Assembly (NCBI GenBank): GCA_000002445.1
Contig: CP000071.1
Location: 224,001-288,000, forward strand
Direction: 5' to 3'
Origin: Trypanosoma brucei
Taxonomy: Eukaryota
DNA: 64,000 nt
The notes under the pieces were generated by a model, which had not been told where the DNA came from, made no database searches, and was given only the letters and a program-made list of their open reading frames with translations. Of this stretch, positions 11,363 through 23,304 are shown piece after piece. The position numbers and the translations under genes are program-made. Each line of letters begins with the position of its first letter. The stretch's first letter is position 1.

Positions 11363-13153
11363 TCCGAGTATTTATCGGTCCTTAAGAGTTGAATCTCGTG
11401 CTCTACTACTGCGTCCCCCACCAAAAAAAAAAAAGAGCAAGATGTTGCTGTCTACTTTGACGATACACACGCACAAAGAAAAGAAAAAGGAAAATAAAGG
11501 CCCCTTATTTTAAGAGAAAAAAGAGCTATTTCTTTCGCTTTGTCTCTAACGTTGCTGCACTTTAGCTTCCTCCAAATATAATGAATAGCAAGGCGCTGTT
11601 GCACTGTCCGTTCCTTTGGCGTCAAAAAAAAAAGCAGAGAAACATGAAGGTAGTAAGAAAATGAATGGGACACTTTAAGTAAAAAGTTTCTGTTTGTTTC
11701 GTATATTATTGTAACAATAACGAAAAGTGCAGTGGAATTTGAGACGCGTGGGTCGAACGCAGCAGCCTGCATTTTGAAAAACAATGCCAGTAATTGAATA
11801 AACTCCACGATGCACTTTAATATAGAAAAAATGCGCCACAAAACAAAGGATTCCAACGCGAAAAAATACATAGATACGCAAGTGCACAAATATATAAGCG
11901 CGCACCACTGGAACTTACGTTCGGTCCCCTAACGCAAATCAGTTATTCGGAACCTTGCAAATGTTATAGAGAAACAGTGGAGGTACCACCTCGTTCTGGC
12001 TTGTTGAAAAGGAAATAAAATAAATGAAAAAGAATACAAAGTCAGAAAATTTTCTGATAATTGCACTAGTAGCAATATATCCCTCTGAAAATGCAGCTGT
12101 TGTGTGTAATCCGAGGGAGGGTAGTCACTTGAATGTAACAATACATGAGTGCAATGCGTCGAGCCGAGAAACAAACGAAATAAAGATGTAGAAACGGTTG
12201 GGACACGCAGAAACGTTTCGTCTTCGGGAGTGAAGAAAATTTTCCAGTTGCTCGCCCAGTTGCGAGAGCCACACCATCTGCCCGCGGTATGGAACAATTG
12301 AGTTACAGAATACGCTTTTCACAGGATTTCATTTTTAGTGTGTATGTAATGTCTGTAGCATCAATGGATCACGCCATTTTTTCTTCTCTGTTTTTATTTT
12401 TTATTTTTTGTCATTAGTCTTTGCGCTATCACCGAAGCTGCTGTTGTCATTTGAATGAATTCCCGTAGAGGAGCAAGTATATTAATGATGTTACCGTTGC
12501 ACTGGGTCTTGGGAACCGAATAACCCAATGCCTTCCTTCTCTTCTCACACCCTTTTGCTCCTCTTGTTGGTGCTTACCACTTGCGTTCCTTCATACAATA
12601 ACAGTATTCAGCGGAGTTTCATTTTTCTTCACAACAGTTAATGGTTCCTTGTTGATTTCTCCCTTACATAACATCATCTTTCTCGCTACCCAACTTATAC
12701 ACGAGAAACGTTTGCTCGCCACAACACTTTTTCAGGCATAATGAGACAGCGTGACATGAAAGAAAAAAAAAGATGGACCCTGTAGCCACAAAAGAGTAAC
12801 GAAGCTTTGTTGCAGTCACATGTCGCTGTGAGAGATGACCGAAACATAATGTTGAAACAACAAAAGGAAAAGCGAAGAAAAGTAGCAACGCGATTAACAT
12901 CACAAGCTAAAAGGAGGGGGGAAATGGCACAGGTGGAGAATATAACACGCTGTAAAGTTTCAGCATGTTGGTATAGCCAGGATGGAAAGTGGCAGAACGA
13001 TTATGCAACGGGGGAAACCCCATCTACAATATTTCACTCCCCATCCCCATGGTTTATTTCGAATACGGGCAACCCCATTCACAAAAACAGGACTTGTACC
13101 ACCCCTACGCACCCCTCCCCGGTATGTATTCTTTTCAGGTACTGAACTTCCCA

Positions 13154-16100
13154 TCAAGGCCTATTCCGGGCTGTTTGCACCGCCACCAGAAACTCTTCCA
13201 GCAACATCTTGTGGTTCATCTGACCAGTGCCCATCATTGGATTCTCATACCAACACGCAACTACGTTACTTTTTGGTGAAGATATCACGTAACATAATCC
13301 ACTCATGTGCAGCAGGCGGCATTTGCCTCCCATCATTGGATTATCCGGCAAGTAGCGATAAGTGGAGCTCGTCAGTGTGTCAAGTAATCGTGCCCGGAAA
13401 TGAGGTCCCTCTTCCTCATTTTGTGCAAGCACCGTATAACAGGGAATCATCTCATCTTGTTTTGCACTACACTCATACGTCGGCAACAGGACGCAACGAA
13501 GGTGGTACGGTGGGGCATTGGCGCTTACAGCACTGACCCAATTGAGGAGAACGGGTTGTGTACACACCATCCACGACACCCTTAGAAGATAGTGGCAGCG
13601 ACGATTGTATTCCCTGGGTAGTGACACATTGATAGAAATTTGACGGTTAGGGGGCGGTTCCTCCAGGCACCTTGTTCGACCCGTTCTACGATCCATCGCG
13701 CGGCAATGTCCAAGTGAGAGTTGCTCTTCGTCAACAAGAACAACACAATTAACCGTCGGTTCCTCATTTGAAGAATCGCCAACAGGGATACCAGTCGAGA
13801 GTTCTTCAACGTTCTCTGCCCAGGTAACCGGGGTGCGCACACGGAGGTTCGAATTGAGACTTTTTTCCATAAACCCCAAAAAATCTTGGTAGGAGACGCA
13901 CGCGTTGTCAAGCGATTCTGGAATAATTGCTAAGCACATCTCGTTCTCGGGAAAGGTCAGCGTTAATGAACGCGGAATGAAGGTATCGGATCTACCACGG
14001 TCATGTATGTATGAGTCAAGGGCATCCCACTGAAAGGCAGCCTCTTCACTAATTTGCATCTCCAGATTCACCCTCCGGGCACTAAAACTCGTGTTCAGGT
14101 AATTTAGCAACAAAAACTTGTGCTCGACCTTTTGCATCTTGGGCAAACTTGTGTATACACTTCGGTGCAATAGTCTCGTGATGTGAATGCTCTGACCCGT
14201 TTCATCAATTTTCAGCTCGTGAATCTGATAACCGATTGACGTGACGACACGTGCATGGGGAATCACGTCTTCACGTGGCCACTGAATCTCCGCCACTGAC
14301 GGCAGGGACAGCACGATTTGATGCCGATGTTGTAAACGCTGAAGAACATATTCCAAACTTTGCATTGTATCACGCATTGGAATAGAGTATTGGTGAATCG
14401 GTTTGTCGAAGAAGCTGTCTCGTGGGTAAGCAGGTTTCGCGCCGAAAAGAGGCAATATTCTACAGTAACACAACGCCGACCAGTGCGAACGCTGTGCGGC
14501 AGCTGCGCCTGCATCGTTTGAGTACGAACTAGACAACTCTGGATGAGCGAATTTCCAGCGTCTTCTCAAGATCGTTTCGGTGCTGGCACCGTGCGCAGCA
14601 ATTGACGCCTCGTCTGTGCGTACAGAGGTGCAGTATGGATTAATAGGTTTCATAGCGAACATCACGCCATTCTTCAACTGTACATGCGCAACCGGTGCCG
14701 TTACCGCCCCAGATCTCTGGTCATGTGCATTATGACCACGAGCCTCACAGGAACTAATGCTTCCAGCTGATGAAGGCAGAGGCATGGTATCGACATGAGG
14801 AAAGGAAGTCGTGGATGGCAAAAAGAAATCGTCCCTATACTTCAGCACCACCCTCTCGTCTGCTATGAATGCCACGTTATTTTTTCGGGTGGGGAGGAGA
14901 AGTGTTTGACCATCAGCAACAATAACGCTAAGGTCACGGTTAAAGATATTTGCCGCGCAAAACTTAGGATCAATGTTTTTACGTTCCTCACACGTGAAAT
15001 GATCCATCTTATCTGAGAACGAATCCATGAACCACGTCCAAGTGTTAGCATCATTGATGATGCACGGGTTCCAAGCACGCCCTGAATGAGTAACCAGGTT
15101 CAGATCGAGCCTGAGAACCATATTACCACTTTGAACATCAAAGTCAACAATATTTCTCCCGCACGGAACAATACTGGGGGCGTCGATGGATGTCCCCACC
15201 CGTCCTATACGGCTGACCTGGCAGCAGTTACCTATCCCTTTTAAAATAAACTCACACACCGTATCCCAATTCCCCTGTCCTTTTCCCTCCAAGCAAACAT
15301 TTACAAGGCGATACCACCTTGCACAAACAAACGGTTGGTGTGCTAATTGCTTTCTTGATCCGATTTGTGGGTAACCAAGTGACCCCCAAACATCCCCACC
15401 CGGTAAAGCTGGGCTGAGTTCCATCAGTGAGCGAAAAGCAGCTTCTCTCAACTCCCTACCTTCACTCAAGGCATCTGCAGATACATCTTTTGTTTGACAG
15501 GGATCTGCGGATGCCTCTCTTGAATTTCTCTGAGCTTGCGTCGTCCGTGGAACATCTTCACCTAAACCCGTTGGGGTGCCCGATAGTGGAGCGGAGGATT
15601 TTACCTTTTGAGAGTCCTCACTCTCAGAAGGGGCTTCCGATTTAGCAACCGAAGGGCCGGAGGTTCGTGGCTGAATAACAGGCAATAACAAAACTCCACG
15701 GGGTTGCATGGGGGGAATAGCCAATCCGGGTGATAGAGGCGCAACTTCCCCGGCACATCGATGCATATCAATTTGTTTCCAGTGTTTCTGAAACCACTCC
15801 TCTCGTGTAAATAGCTCAGAGGACGGAACATTGCCACCAGTGAAGTCCGATGGCAGTTGGTAAAAGTAGCATCGAGCCCATTCAGCGTCTATATAAAGAC
15901 GGTGGCAAGGCTGCTCAGCGCCAAAGTGAGAAAAGCTAGGATTTTCATCATCATTAACACACTCCAGTAATGGTGCAGAGTGGAGCGGTGGGCGACCCAT
16001 ACAAATAATGTTTACCTTCTCCATACCAACTTTCAGCAGCCGGATGCATATTGCTTGCACAAGATCATTGGTGACTTGAAATATGCCCTTCCCAGCGGAA

Positions 16101-17713
16101 ACCACGCTAATCATTAGCCCAGTGTTCTTGTCACTCCGAAGCTCTTTGGTTTCATCTAATAAAAGTCCGATGGTTTCAACAGTGCAGGAATTTTTCGATG
16201 GAACGAAAAGGTCCCTGGCGGTTAAATTTTCAATCGTTTTTGAAGAGGAAGAGGAAGTGCAACTACCAGCAACGGCGCTGTTGCAGTAAACAACAGAGGT
16301 TACCCCACCTGCGCGAAGCTCTTCCTTTACCTCACCCAATACACGTCGCAAAAACTCCTCACACTGAAGGTTGATATCCTCCGTTATCATTGGGGACCGG
16401 CTGTCATCAGGCACGTGCATTACATGAACGACGTCCACACAACCCCTAATAGCATACTTAGGGTGCAGTCTCCCGGCCATTACAATACGGAGATGTGGTG
16501 AGGCTTTATGCTTAGAAAGTTGTTGGGTTAAGTATTCGCCGAGAAAGTTTTTGACTGCCCAATCAAGCTGAATACACCCATCAGAGGTGAGATTCCACAT
16601 CTCAGCTGATATTTCGAGTATAATGTAATGGACCGCCGAGAGTGAAAGAAAGTTCACCACCGTGCCTTTCGTTACAAGTCCGCAACGCACAGAACGATAC
16701 CCCTTTGACTGCTCCTCCACCTTTCCCTCTTGACGATGATGTTGCGCCGCACCACTGTGCTCAAATCCATTCGATAATAAGCCTGTGCGAGGGGCTGGAG
16801 GCGCCTGCGGCACGCCACCACCACTATTGCCATGCGGTGCAGGATTATTTTCCCTTTTCCTCAGCATTTCGTTAACCTTCAAACAAAAACCTAAAAGGTT
16901 AATCTCCTCTCCTTCGTAAATAATGTTATCCCGCAAAGCCTCAGCAATAAGAAACATATCCGCACGCGAAATCTGTTGACGCTCAAAGGACAGTTCGACG
17001 TGCGAGAGACCGAAGCGCTCACACACCTCATCGTAAGAAGGTATAACACGCGCTACCGCCTTGCCATTGGCGATATTGTTGATGAACTTGCTCTTGTTAG
17101 CCAACGAGTAGAGGACGCTTATTGCCCCATTCGAATGAGGAGCGTCTTTTTCGCCAAAACAATATGCCCGACACACCCAACTTTCGTGACTGACGCATGG
17201 TGTAGCAGTGGCCGAGTCCCATCCCAGTGACTGAGCATCCGTGTGAGTTGTTCCTCTTCCGGTTGCTATTGCAATCGGATCCGATGAGGGGAAAACACCC
17301 AAGCGGGCAGCACCACCATCAAAACGTAACGGTAGTTGTGACCCTGTAGAAAAAAGAGTGCCAGCATTCGAGGTGCCACCGACGCCGCCCACGGAGGGAG
17401 CTATTGATTGGCCTTGTGAACATGATGACCCACAAAAGCTGTTACTTCTGTAGCCCTCCCCACAGCCGTCCCCGCTGTCGTGGGATGGGATGAATAGTTC
17501 GATTATGGCTTCAGTGAATGGTTCGCCGGGTGCGGGCATCGGAAGTCCATAGTTTTTGGGGTAGTACAAGAAAGGTACTGTAGAAGTGCTCTCCGCATGG
17601 CTTCGGAAGACAATCGTCGTAAGGATATTGCTCTGTCCATCAGTAGTTTGTTTTTCTACCTGTCGACGCCTCCTGCGTAACGGTACACCTTCCGTCTGAC
17701 AGTGAGTGGCCAT
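13154..17713 (-). CDS. Large hypothetical protein of 1519 aa; I could not recognise the family.
   Basis: Track ORF 13154..17803 begins with a TTG (caa at 17801-17803), so I trimmed it to the first ATG, M31 (cat at 17711-17713; MATHCQTEGVPLRRRRRQ...). It is a long, complex-composition open frame on the strand shared by all other genes. Confidence 0.55.
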   Translation of the reverse strand: MATHCQTEGVPLRRRRRQVEKQTTDGQSNILTTIVFRSHAESTSTVPFLYYPKNYGLPMPAPGEPFTEAIIELFIPSHDSGDGCGEGYRSNSFCGSSCSQGQSIAPSVGGVGGTSNAGTLFSTGSQLPLRFDGGAARLGVFPSSDPIAIATGRGTTHTDAQSLGWDSATATPCVSHESWVCRAYCFGEKDAPHSNGAISVLYSLANKSKFINNIANGKAVARVIPSYDEVCERFGLSHVELSFERQQISRADMFLIAEALRDNIIYEGEEINLLGFCLKVNEMLRKRENNPAPHGNSGGGVPQAPPAPRTGLLSNGFEHSGAAQHHRQEGKVEEQSKGYRSVRCGLVTKGTVVNFLSLSAVHYIILEISAEMWNLTSDGCIQLDWAVKNFLGEYLTQQLSKHKASPHLRIVMAGRLHPKYAIRGCVDVVHVMHVPDDSRSPMITEDINLQCEEFLRRVLGEVKEELRAGGVTSVVYCNSAVAGSCTSSSSSKTIENLTARDLFVPSKNSCTVETIGLLLDETKELRSDKNTGLMISVVSAGKGIFQVTNDLVQAICIRLLKVGMEKVNIICMGRPPLHSAPLLECVNDDENPSFSHFGAEQPCHRLYIDAEWARCYFYQLPSDFTGGNVPSSELFTREEWFQKHWKQIDMHRCAGEVAPLSPGLAIPPMQPRGVLLLPVIQPRTSGPSVAKSEAPSESEDSQKVKSSAPLSGTPTGLGEDVPRTTQAQRNSREASADPCQTKDVSADALSEGRELREAAFRSLMELSPALPGGDVWGSLGYPQIGSRKQLAHQPFVCARWYRLVNVCLEGKGQGNWDTVCEFILKGIGNCCQVSRIGRVGTSIDAPSIVPCGRNIVDFDVQSGNMVLRLDLNLVTHSGRAWNPCIINDANTWTWFMDSFSDKMDHFTCEERKNIDPKFCAANIFNRDLSVIVADGQTLLLPTRKNNVAFIADERVVLKYRDDFFLPSTTSFPHVDTMPLPSSAGSISSCEARGHNAHDQRSGAVTAPVAHVQLKNGVMFAMKPINPYCTSVRTDEASIAAHGASTETILRRRWKFAHPELSSSYSNDAGAAAAQRSHWSALCYCRILPLFGAKPAYPRDSFFDKPIHQYSIPMRDTMQSLEYVLQRLQHRHQIVLSLPSVAEIQWPREDVIPHARVVTSIGYQIHELKIDETGQSIHITRLLHRSVYTSLPKMQKVEHKFLLLNYLNTSFSARRVNLEMQISEEAAFQWDALDSYIHDRGRSDTFIPRSLTLTFPENEMCLAIIPESLDNACVSYQDFLGFMEKSLNSNLRVRTPVTWAENVEELSTGIPVGDSSNEEPTVNCVVLVDEEQLSLGHCRAMDRRTGRTRCLEEPPPNRQISINVSLPREYNRRCHYLLRVSWMVCTQPVLLNWVSAVSANAPPYHLRCVLLPTYECSAKQDEMIPCYTVLAQNEEEGPHFRARLLDTLTSSTYRYLPDNPMMGGKCRLLHMSGLCYVISSPKSNVVACWYENPMMGTGQMNHKMLLEEFLVAVQTARNRP

Positions 17714-18761
17714 TGGACCTCCAACCGTTGTTGTTAAGGTACTCAAGCCTTCTTTGCGTATTGATTCCACACGTGTAGTGTAGAAACCAAGACTAAAACA
17801 CAACGAACTTCTAACGACAGTGACGTCACCGCTGCGACACAGTCCTCACACCTTCCCCTTTCGCTTCAACTGTACTATCGAGAAACAAAGATACGCGACA
17901 AAGGGGGGCATGGTTGCCTGTGTGAAACAGCTTGAGAAGGTACAACACACTAATAAACATAGTTGAAGTACCAACGAACTTGAAGGAGAGAAGTGCAGAG
18001 GGGTAAAACGCCCACCCCGCAGAGGGTTCCCTACCACCCTCTACACGCCGGCAACACGAGCCACGCAAACACAATGAAACTAAATGATTTAAAATACATC
18101 ACAAATGAAGGTTATACCTTTCACCTACCCGTATGCGCCTCTTTTTTTTTTTTTTATTGCGTTGCACAGCACCATTGTCATCCGCATACGGCTTCCACTC
18201 TGTCCTTACAACGCACCGACTACCAAAAATTGGAGGGTAAAACTGTGAACGTAAAACAGAAGGTACATGGAATACTGGAATAACTAACTCCTACGGATAG
18301 AAGGGGAAAACACAAATAAATTACCTTCGTCTTTCAAACACTGCCAGAGCAGTCGGTGTTGATAAAAAGAGAAACACGGCAACACACATGTCGAAACCAA
18401 ACAAGATTATTTTTTTTGAAGAACCCCTCTCATTGCGTCCATCAAAAGAGGGATCAACACCGAACTCACTGCAACTCCTAAGCAAGCCACTTTAGAAACA
18501 AGCCCACACTCACTCATGCCTGTCGGCGACTTATCCTTTTCACCATGACGCGCACAACGGCGACTTCAAAACTAGCATCTGAACGCGGAGTACCGCAAGG
18601 CGATTGAAACGGATGAAATATCATGTAAAATAGATTCCTACATACCATACTTTAACTGGACTAGGTGTTCAAATATATGTATATAGTACATGCCTCAACA
18701 CTAAGAACAAGAGTCACCTAGAACGTACAAAACTAGGTATAGCAGATGCTGCTGAGCTTTC

Positions 18762-21700
18762 TCAACTCAATGTTATATTAATGCCGCGCAACATTCGTAC
18801 GACCCTTTGTTTAACTTTTTCATTGGGGTGACCGCTCAGTCGCCCTCGCATTTCATTCACTAGTGACTGTAAATAGCTGTCACCAGCCTGATCACGCAGC
18901 AATTCGCCATGATCACTGCAACTGCCGCTGCTGAGAACATCTTCCCCAGAAACCACCCCACGCTGAGACAAGACTAAAATACGTATTTTCAGTGCCATGG
19001 GAACCAGCAGAGGTGGCAATTCCCCACAGTCAAGCGTTCGCAGCAATTCCGTTCCTCTTCTTTCATACGTCCCTCTACTGCCTGTACCTTGAGGAACAGG
19101 AGCCTGTCTCCGACGCTTGCCTCCTAATCGCAGGCACGCACTGTCTACAGATCCCAACGCAGTGATGCATCGGTACTCCGCGTGCCGCTCCAGTTGCTCG
19201 ACATGGTGAATCGCTGCCTCCGCTTCCCCAAGTGCCATAAAATAGTATGCATAGCATAACTCAGTAACACAGCGGAACATCCAGTATCCCCGGCGTTCCT
19301 CCGTGGATGAACAAATGAGCTCTTTTCGCCGTAAGACTACGTCCAAGAGGGTAAGGAAACACCTGATGCGCTGCTTGTTACTAAGGAAGGCATCAAATGT
19401 AGGAGGAGCAGCCGGCACATTACCTGACGACTCCGCCTGAGCTACGCCGGATGCATAGTAGAACAAGAAAGATGTATCATCATCGACGTCTGGAGCCTGA
19501 GAAGGCGACCAGCCACCATCCACCACTGGAGCTCCTGACGCCACCCCAAAGGTACAGCGGTCCCACCGTGGGATCTGCACACGACCACCACCTGGCAGAG
19601 TCCACCTCCTAAAAGTCGTCTTTAGCCCATCCCTCAGCTTGTTAAATACCCGGTGCATATCTTGAAACCAACTCGAGACGGTCCCCATAACATCCGTTCC
19701 AGGAATCGCGGCCTCATTCCTGTCATCGCCTGTGCGTTGGCTCGTTGAATCACCGCGTTCCTCCCTTTGTCCTGGACCACCGCCGACAACTGGCAACTCC
19801 TCAACTAACGTCCCTTCATCTGCAGCTCTAATATGGCTAATGTGTCGCTCAGTGGCAGGAGTGAGGATAGAAGTGCCAATAACAAGAAATGGATCGTCCT
19901 CTCCATTCCCGCTAGCAGAACTAACACCGCTGTCACTTCCCACATGCCTATCAATACTGTCGCCAAGGTTGCTCGTATCCTCCGGTAGAGACATACGGGC
20001 AGACGAGAGAGCTGTGGCATCATCAGTGATCATGTCGTCAACATCAACATCACCATCATCTTCGGCCCCCTCAACGACCATGCCGCGTATCCCACTAAAA
20101 GCATCAGATTCGGCGGTAGTTGAACTCATCGCACCGTTCGCAAGGAATAAAGGCGGCACAGTACCTATCCCACCAACAACCCGACGGGAGCCAAACACCC
20201 AAGTGGCCACTAACTGCCTTGTCAAAAGAATCAAGTCGGTGAGGGACATATGTAGAGCTCTCTCTGCAGCAGCGAACTGCTCCAGTGACGCTTCAACATG
20301 CGACCGCGAGAAATTCACGTGCCATATGCGATCCTGTGACTGATATTGCCCTACTTCCTCGTTGGACTCGTCTTCGTAATGAGAGTCAAAATCGTCAACG
20401 CTGCCTCCACCATCGTCGTCACTGTCATCACTTACCGTCGTGTTCAGTTCCACCCGCACATCAGTTCGGTCCTCGGTATCTGGTGTGCGGGTTACCAAAT
20501 TGTCACCAAGGGAGAGAATTTCGGAGAGTCGATCGCCACGAGTGGAGGGGATTTCGCCAAGCAAAATTCGTCGTACAGTGTCTACCACCCCAACGACAGA
20601 TCTTGAGAAAGTGTCTTCCACCTCCTCACGGTGTTCTATTGACTGAGAAACCCTGCCGTTGAGGGGGCCCAGTACCTTAATAGTATCGTCAATCCCAGAC
20701 GTCAACAGCCGACCGGTGCGATGGCTGTACAACACAACGTTGACAATGCTAGCATCCCCAGGTGTTGTATGAATAAGTTTCCCATCACTGGTTCGCCAAA
20801 AGAACACATTGCCGCTGTCACAACCCGAACAGACAATGCTGTCATCCTCCATGAAGGTAACGTCCTTGAACATAGTTTGTACATTCCTTCGCCCCGACAT
20901 TTTCACAGCCCCATCCGCCGTGGCAACAGTCAGTTTATCAACCGCTCCCATATCCAAAACCGATGAAAAACCAGTACACGTTGCGTTCCGTGACGCACTC
21001 GTCGACACAGCTCTGGAGTACAGGGTTTCCAACCAAGGAACAACGTAGACATGCTCTTCACGGTAGTTAACAGCAAGAGAAGTACCGTTCGCACTAAAAG
21101 AAAGTCCGCTTACGCCATTTGACCGACGAACACAAGGTATGGTGATGGCAGCAAAGGCACCAAGCGAGCACATACGCACATCGTGTAAGTACACCGCCTC
21201 AGTATTGGTGCCTGAAGCCAAAAGAAACGGCCAACGATCGTGCACTGCCAATGTACGCACCTCCCCTACACTTGGCAGACATGGGTTTCCGTCGGTCGTT
21301 CTTTCGCTTTCCAAGCGACGGGTGCGGGTGTCAATTCGGGATATGAACCCATTGAGGTAACCAACGTACGCCGTGTCAGGCCACCACGGAGAAACAGCAA
21401 TGGAAGAAGCTACTTGGGAATGCCGGCATTTGTAGAACGACTCACCCACTTCTAAATCGGTTACCAACGTACGGCCATCACGTGCACACGACACAACATG
21501 GTGATCATTGCCTGGAACAAAAACGGCATGGAATATGTTGGAACTATGCCGGGTACGGTATCGCTGCTTTATTTGCCATTCAAATGTGTCGTACAAACAA
21601 AAAGCAAGATCGTCAGACCCCGATAGCAACAACTCACCACTCGCGTTCATCGAAAGAGAATTCACGCAACCATTATGCCCCTCTAACTCACGCCTGAGCC

Positions 21701-22022
21701 CAAATGAGCGTACAAAACTTTCGCTTGGGGTTTGGGCGCCCTCGGATGCGATAGGGTTGGCTGAATGCTCCATTTCCTCCGGGTTTGCGAACGGATCGCA
21801 ATGGGATTCCCTTGTCCCATCCAAATGAGTAACGGATTCAATACAACCCCGTAAATTATGCGGCAATTCTTGCTGGTACGCTTCCGCCCTCTGCGTGTGG
21901 ACCAGAGATCGCAGCGAACCTGTGGAGAACCCCAGCGGCTGCATCCGCCACGCTAAGCGAACGTCATGGCAATAAAGAGGGAGCTGGTCCCTTTTAGTCT
22001 GTTTGAATCTCTCGCACTGCAT
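18762..22022 (-). CDS. WD40-repeat protein, 1086 aa, with a DCAF-like N-terminal WD40 propeller (DDB1/CUL4-associated-factor type) and a long acidic, Ser/Asp-rich C-terminal extension.
   Basis: Starts at an ATG (cat at 22020-22022). WD repeats are visible (GHNGCVNSLSMNASGELLLSGSDDLAFCLYD; HSSNIFHAVFVPGNDHHVVSCARDGRTLVTDL; CDSGNVFFWRTSDGKL). The H-x-x-N-V/I-F...SCARDG-x-x pattern is what I remember from the DCAF5/6/8 (WDR22/WDR42) family. Confidence 0.5.
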   Translation of the reverse strand: MQCERFKQTKRDQLPLYCHDVRLAWRMQPLGFSTGSLRSLVHTQRAEAYQQELPHNLRGCIESVTHLDGTRESHCDPFANPEEMEHSANPIASEGAQTPSESFVRSFGLRRELEGHNGCVNSLSMNASGELLLSGSDDLAFCLYDTFEWQIKQRYRTRHSSNIFHAVFVPGNDHHVVSCARDGRTLVTDLEVGESFYKCRHSQVASSIAVSPWWPDTAYVGYLNGFISRIDTRTRRLESERTTDGNPCLPSVGEVRTLAVHDRWPFLLASGTNTEAVYLHDVRMCSLGAFAAITIPCVRRSNGVSGLSFSANGTSLAVNYREEHVYVVPWLETLYSRAVSTSASRNATCTGFSSVLDMGAVDKLTVATADGAVKMSGRRNVQTMFKDVTFMEDDSIVCSGCDSGNVFFWRTSDGKLIHTTPGDASIVNVVLYSHRTGRLLTSGIDDTIKVLGPLNGRVSQSIEHREEVEDTFSRSVVGVVDTVRRILLGEIPSTRGDRLSEILSLGDNLVTRTPDTEDRTDVRVELNTTVSDDSDDDGGGSVDDFDSHYEDESNEEVGQYQSQDRIWHVNFSRSHVEASLEQFAAAERALHMSLTDLILLTRQLVATWVFGSRRVVGGIGTVPPLFLANGAMSSTTAESDAFSGIRGMVVEGAEDDGDVDVDDMITDDATALSSARMSLPEDTSNLGDSIDRHVGSDSGVSSASGNGEDDPFLVIGTSILTPATERHISHIRAADEGTLVEELPVVGGGPGQREERGDSTSQRTGDDRNEAAIPGTDVMGTVSSWFQDMHRVFNKLRDGLKTTFRRWTLPGGGRVQIPRWDRCTFGVASGAPVVDGGWSPSQAPDVDDDTSFLFYYASGVAQAESSGNVPAAPPTFDAFLSNKQRIRCFLTLLDVVLRRKELICSSTEERRGYWMFRCVTELCYAYYFMALGEAEAAIHHVEQLERHAEYRCITALGSVDSACLRLGGKRRRQAPVPQGTGSRGTYERRGTELLRTLDCGELPPLLVPMALKIRILVLSQRGVVSGEDVLSSGSCSDHGELLRDQAGDSYLQSLVNEMRGRLSGHPNEKVKQRVVRMLRGINITLS

Positions 22023-22129
22023 CCGATGTCAAAGCCCAAACACAGGCACTGGCCAATCCTGTTTCAGACTAATATGTGCTATCGAGCAATAATAGTGAAA
22101 ATTTAGTGCGATTGCCCACCCCCTCAAAG

Positions 22130-22153
22130 TATATATATATATATATATATATA
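22130..22153. repeat. (AT)n microsatellite about 110 nt upstream of the WD40 gene ATG.
   Basis: Seen directly at 22131-22153. Confidence 0.9.
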
Positions 22154-23304
22154 ATGGTATGTGTGAATGTATGACGTACAAAGTATTGGTTCCCCCTCAC
22201 TATGTCCACTGGTCGCCTCTGATTACTGTAGAGCCTTTCCTTGCCCAACCACAAATCCCAATGGATTGCAATTACTTTGTCTTTTTTCTTTTTTTGCCTT
22301 CGCTTAGTTTGCCCTTTAGCTGTTTGCACGGGTGGTAAACAAACCGATACCGAAGGTCCCTCCAGAGGGCGAAATAGTGCGCAAGGAAAAGAAATATCAA
22401 AAACACAAACGAAACCGCGCAAAAAGCACGCATGCGTTACACGCACACACACAACCACAATTACACGACAGCGTAAACATAAACAGGATGTGTACAAGAC
22501 CTCAGCAGAATGCATTCACTACAGGTATGCAATGACCAACACCGAATTTCGCCCCTCACCCAACATAATCCTACTGAGGACACAAAACGATATAAACTTC
22601 CGAAAATAAAAAAGTACGCCACCAACCAGAAGCATGTGATAGCAAAATTCAGCAGACTCATTTTTCGCAAGATAGTAAGTATAAAGTGACTAAACTATGT
22701 AACAATAAAAAAAAAAACAAAATCATTAGTTGCCTAACAGAGTGTTCCTCCAAACACATTCGTAACCTCCTATCTCCCTCCTTTTCTTAATGTAACGAAG
22801 GCAGTGTGAGCGCATACACTAGTGTTCGGGGGAAAACATTGGCTGTGACTAAGTGCTTCTTCAAGATTCGCGCCCCCGTAACCAATATGGCAGACAAGCC
22901 ACATGAGCAACGGAGTATTTATTCAACCCTGAGGCTCGCCACTTTATTCCTTTCTCATATACTTCACCAACGGTCACCCCGCACACGGACGCATGCATGT
23001 TCGCTACCCCAAGTAGTGATGGCTCAAATCCCCTTTCCACTTCCCCGATTCTGAGTGCTGCAGAAACTACTGGATCGACCTGTAAAAAGCAAATCATCCA
23101 TCAATGTGCACATCACTAATAACAAAACAAACCTCGTAAAGTCACCCTTTTCCCTTCCCTTGACCCACACACCCCCAATTGGTGTGTGAAGAGCAGACAT
23201 GCACATTTCCATCTGTGCAGCATGTATTATCAGGGAGGAAAAAAAGAAAATAAAAAGTACGCCTTCACCAATGGTAAGTTTCCCGCAAATAACTTAACCT
23301 CCAA

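Noticed and set aside
19732-21828. Plus-strand ORFs of 70-203 aa antisense to the WD40 gene, and similar antisense ORFs inside other genes (12982..13536, 38037..38923, 46454..46882, 60934..61719, 60143..60616).
   Set aside because: They are shadow ORFs inside longer, better-supported minus-strand genes. Several, such as 46454..46684 (LRLRLRLR), are just the complement of the RS-repeat coding sequence.
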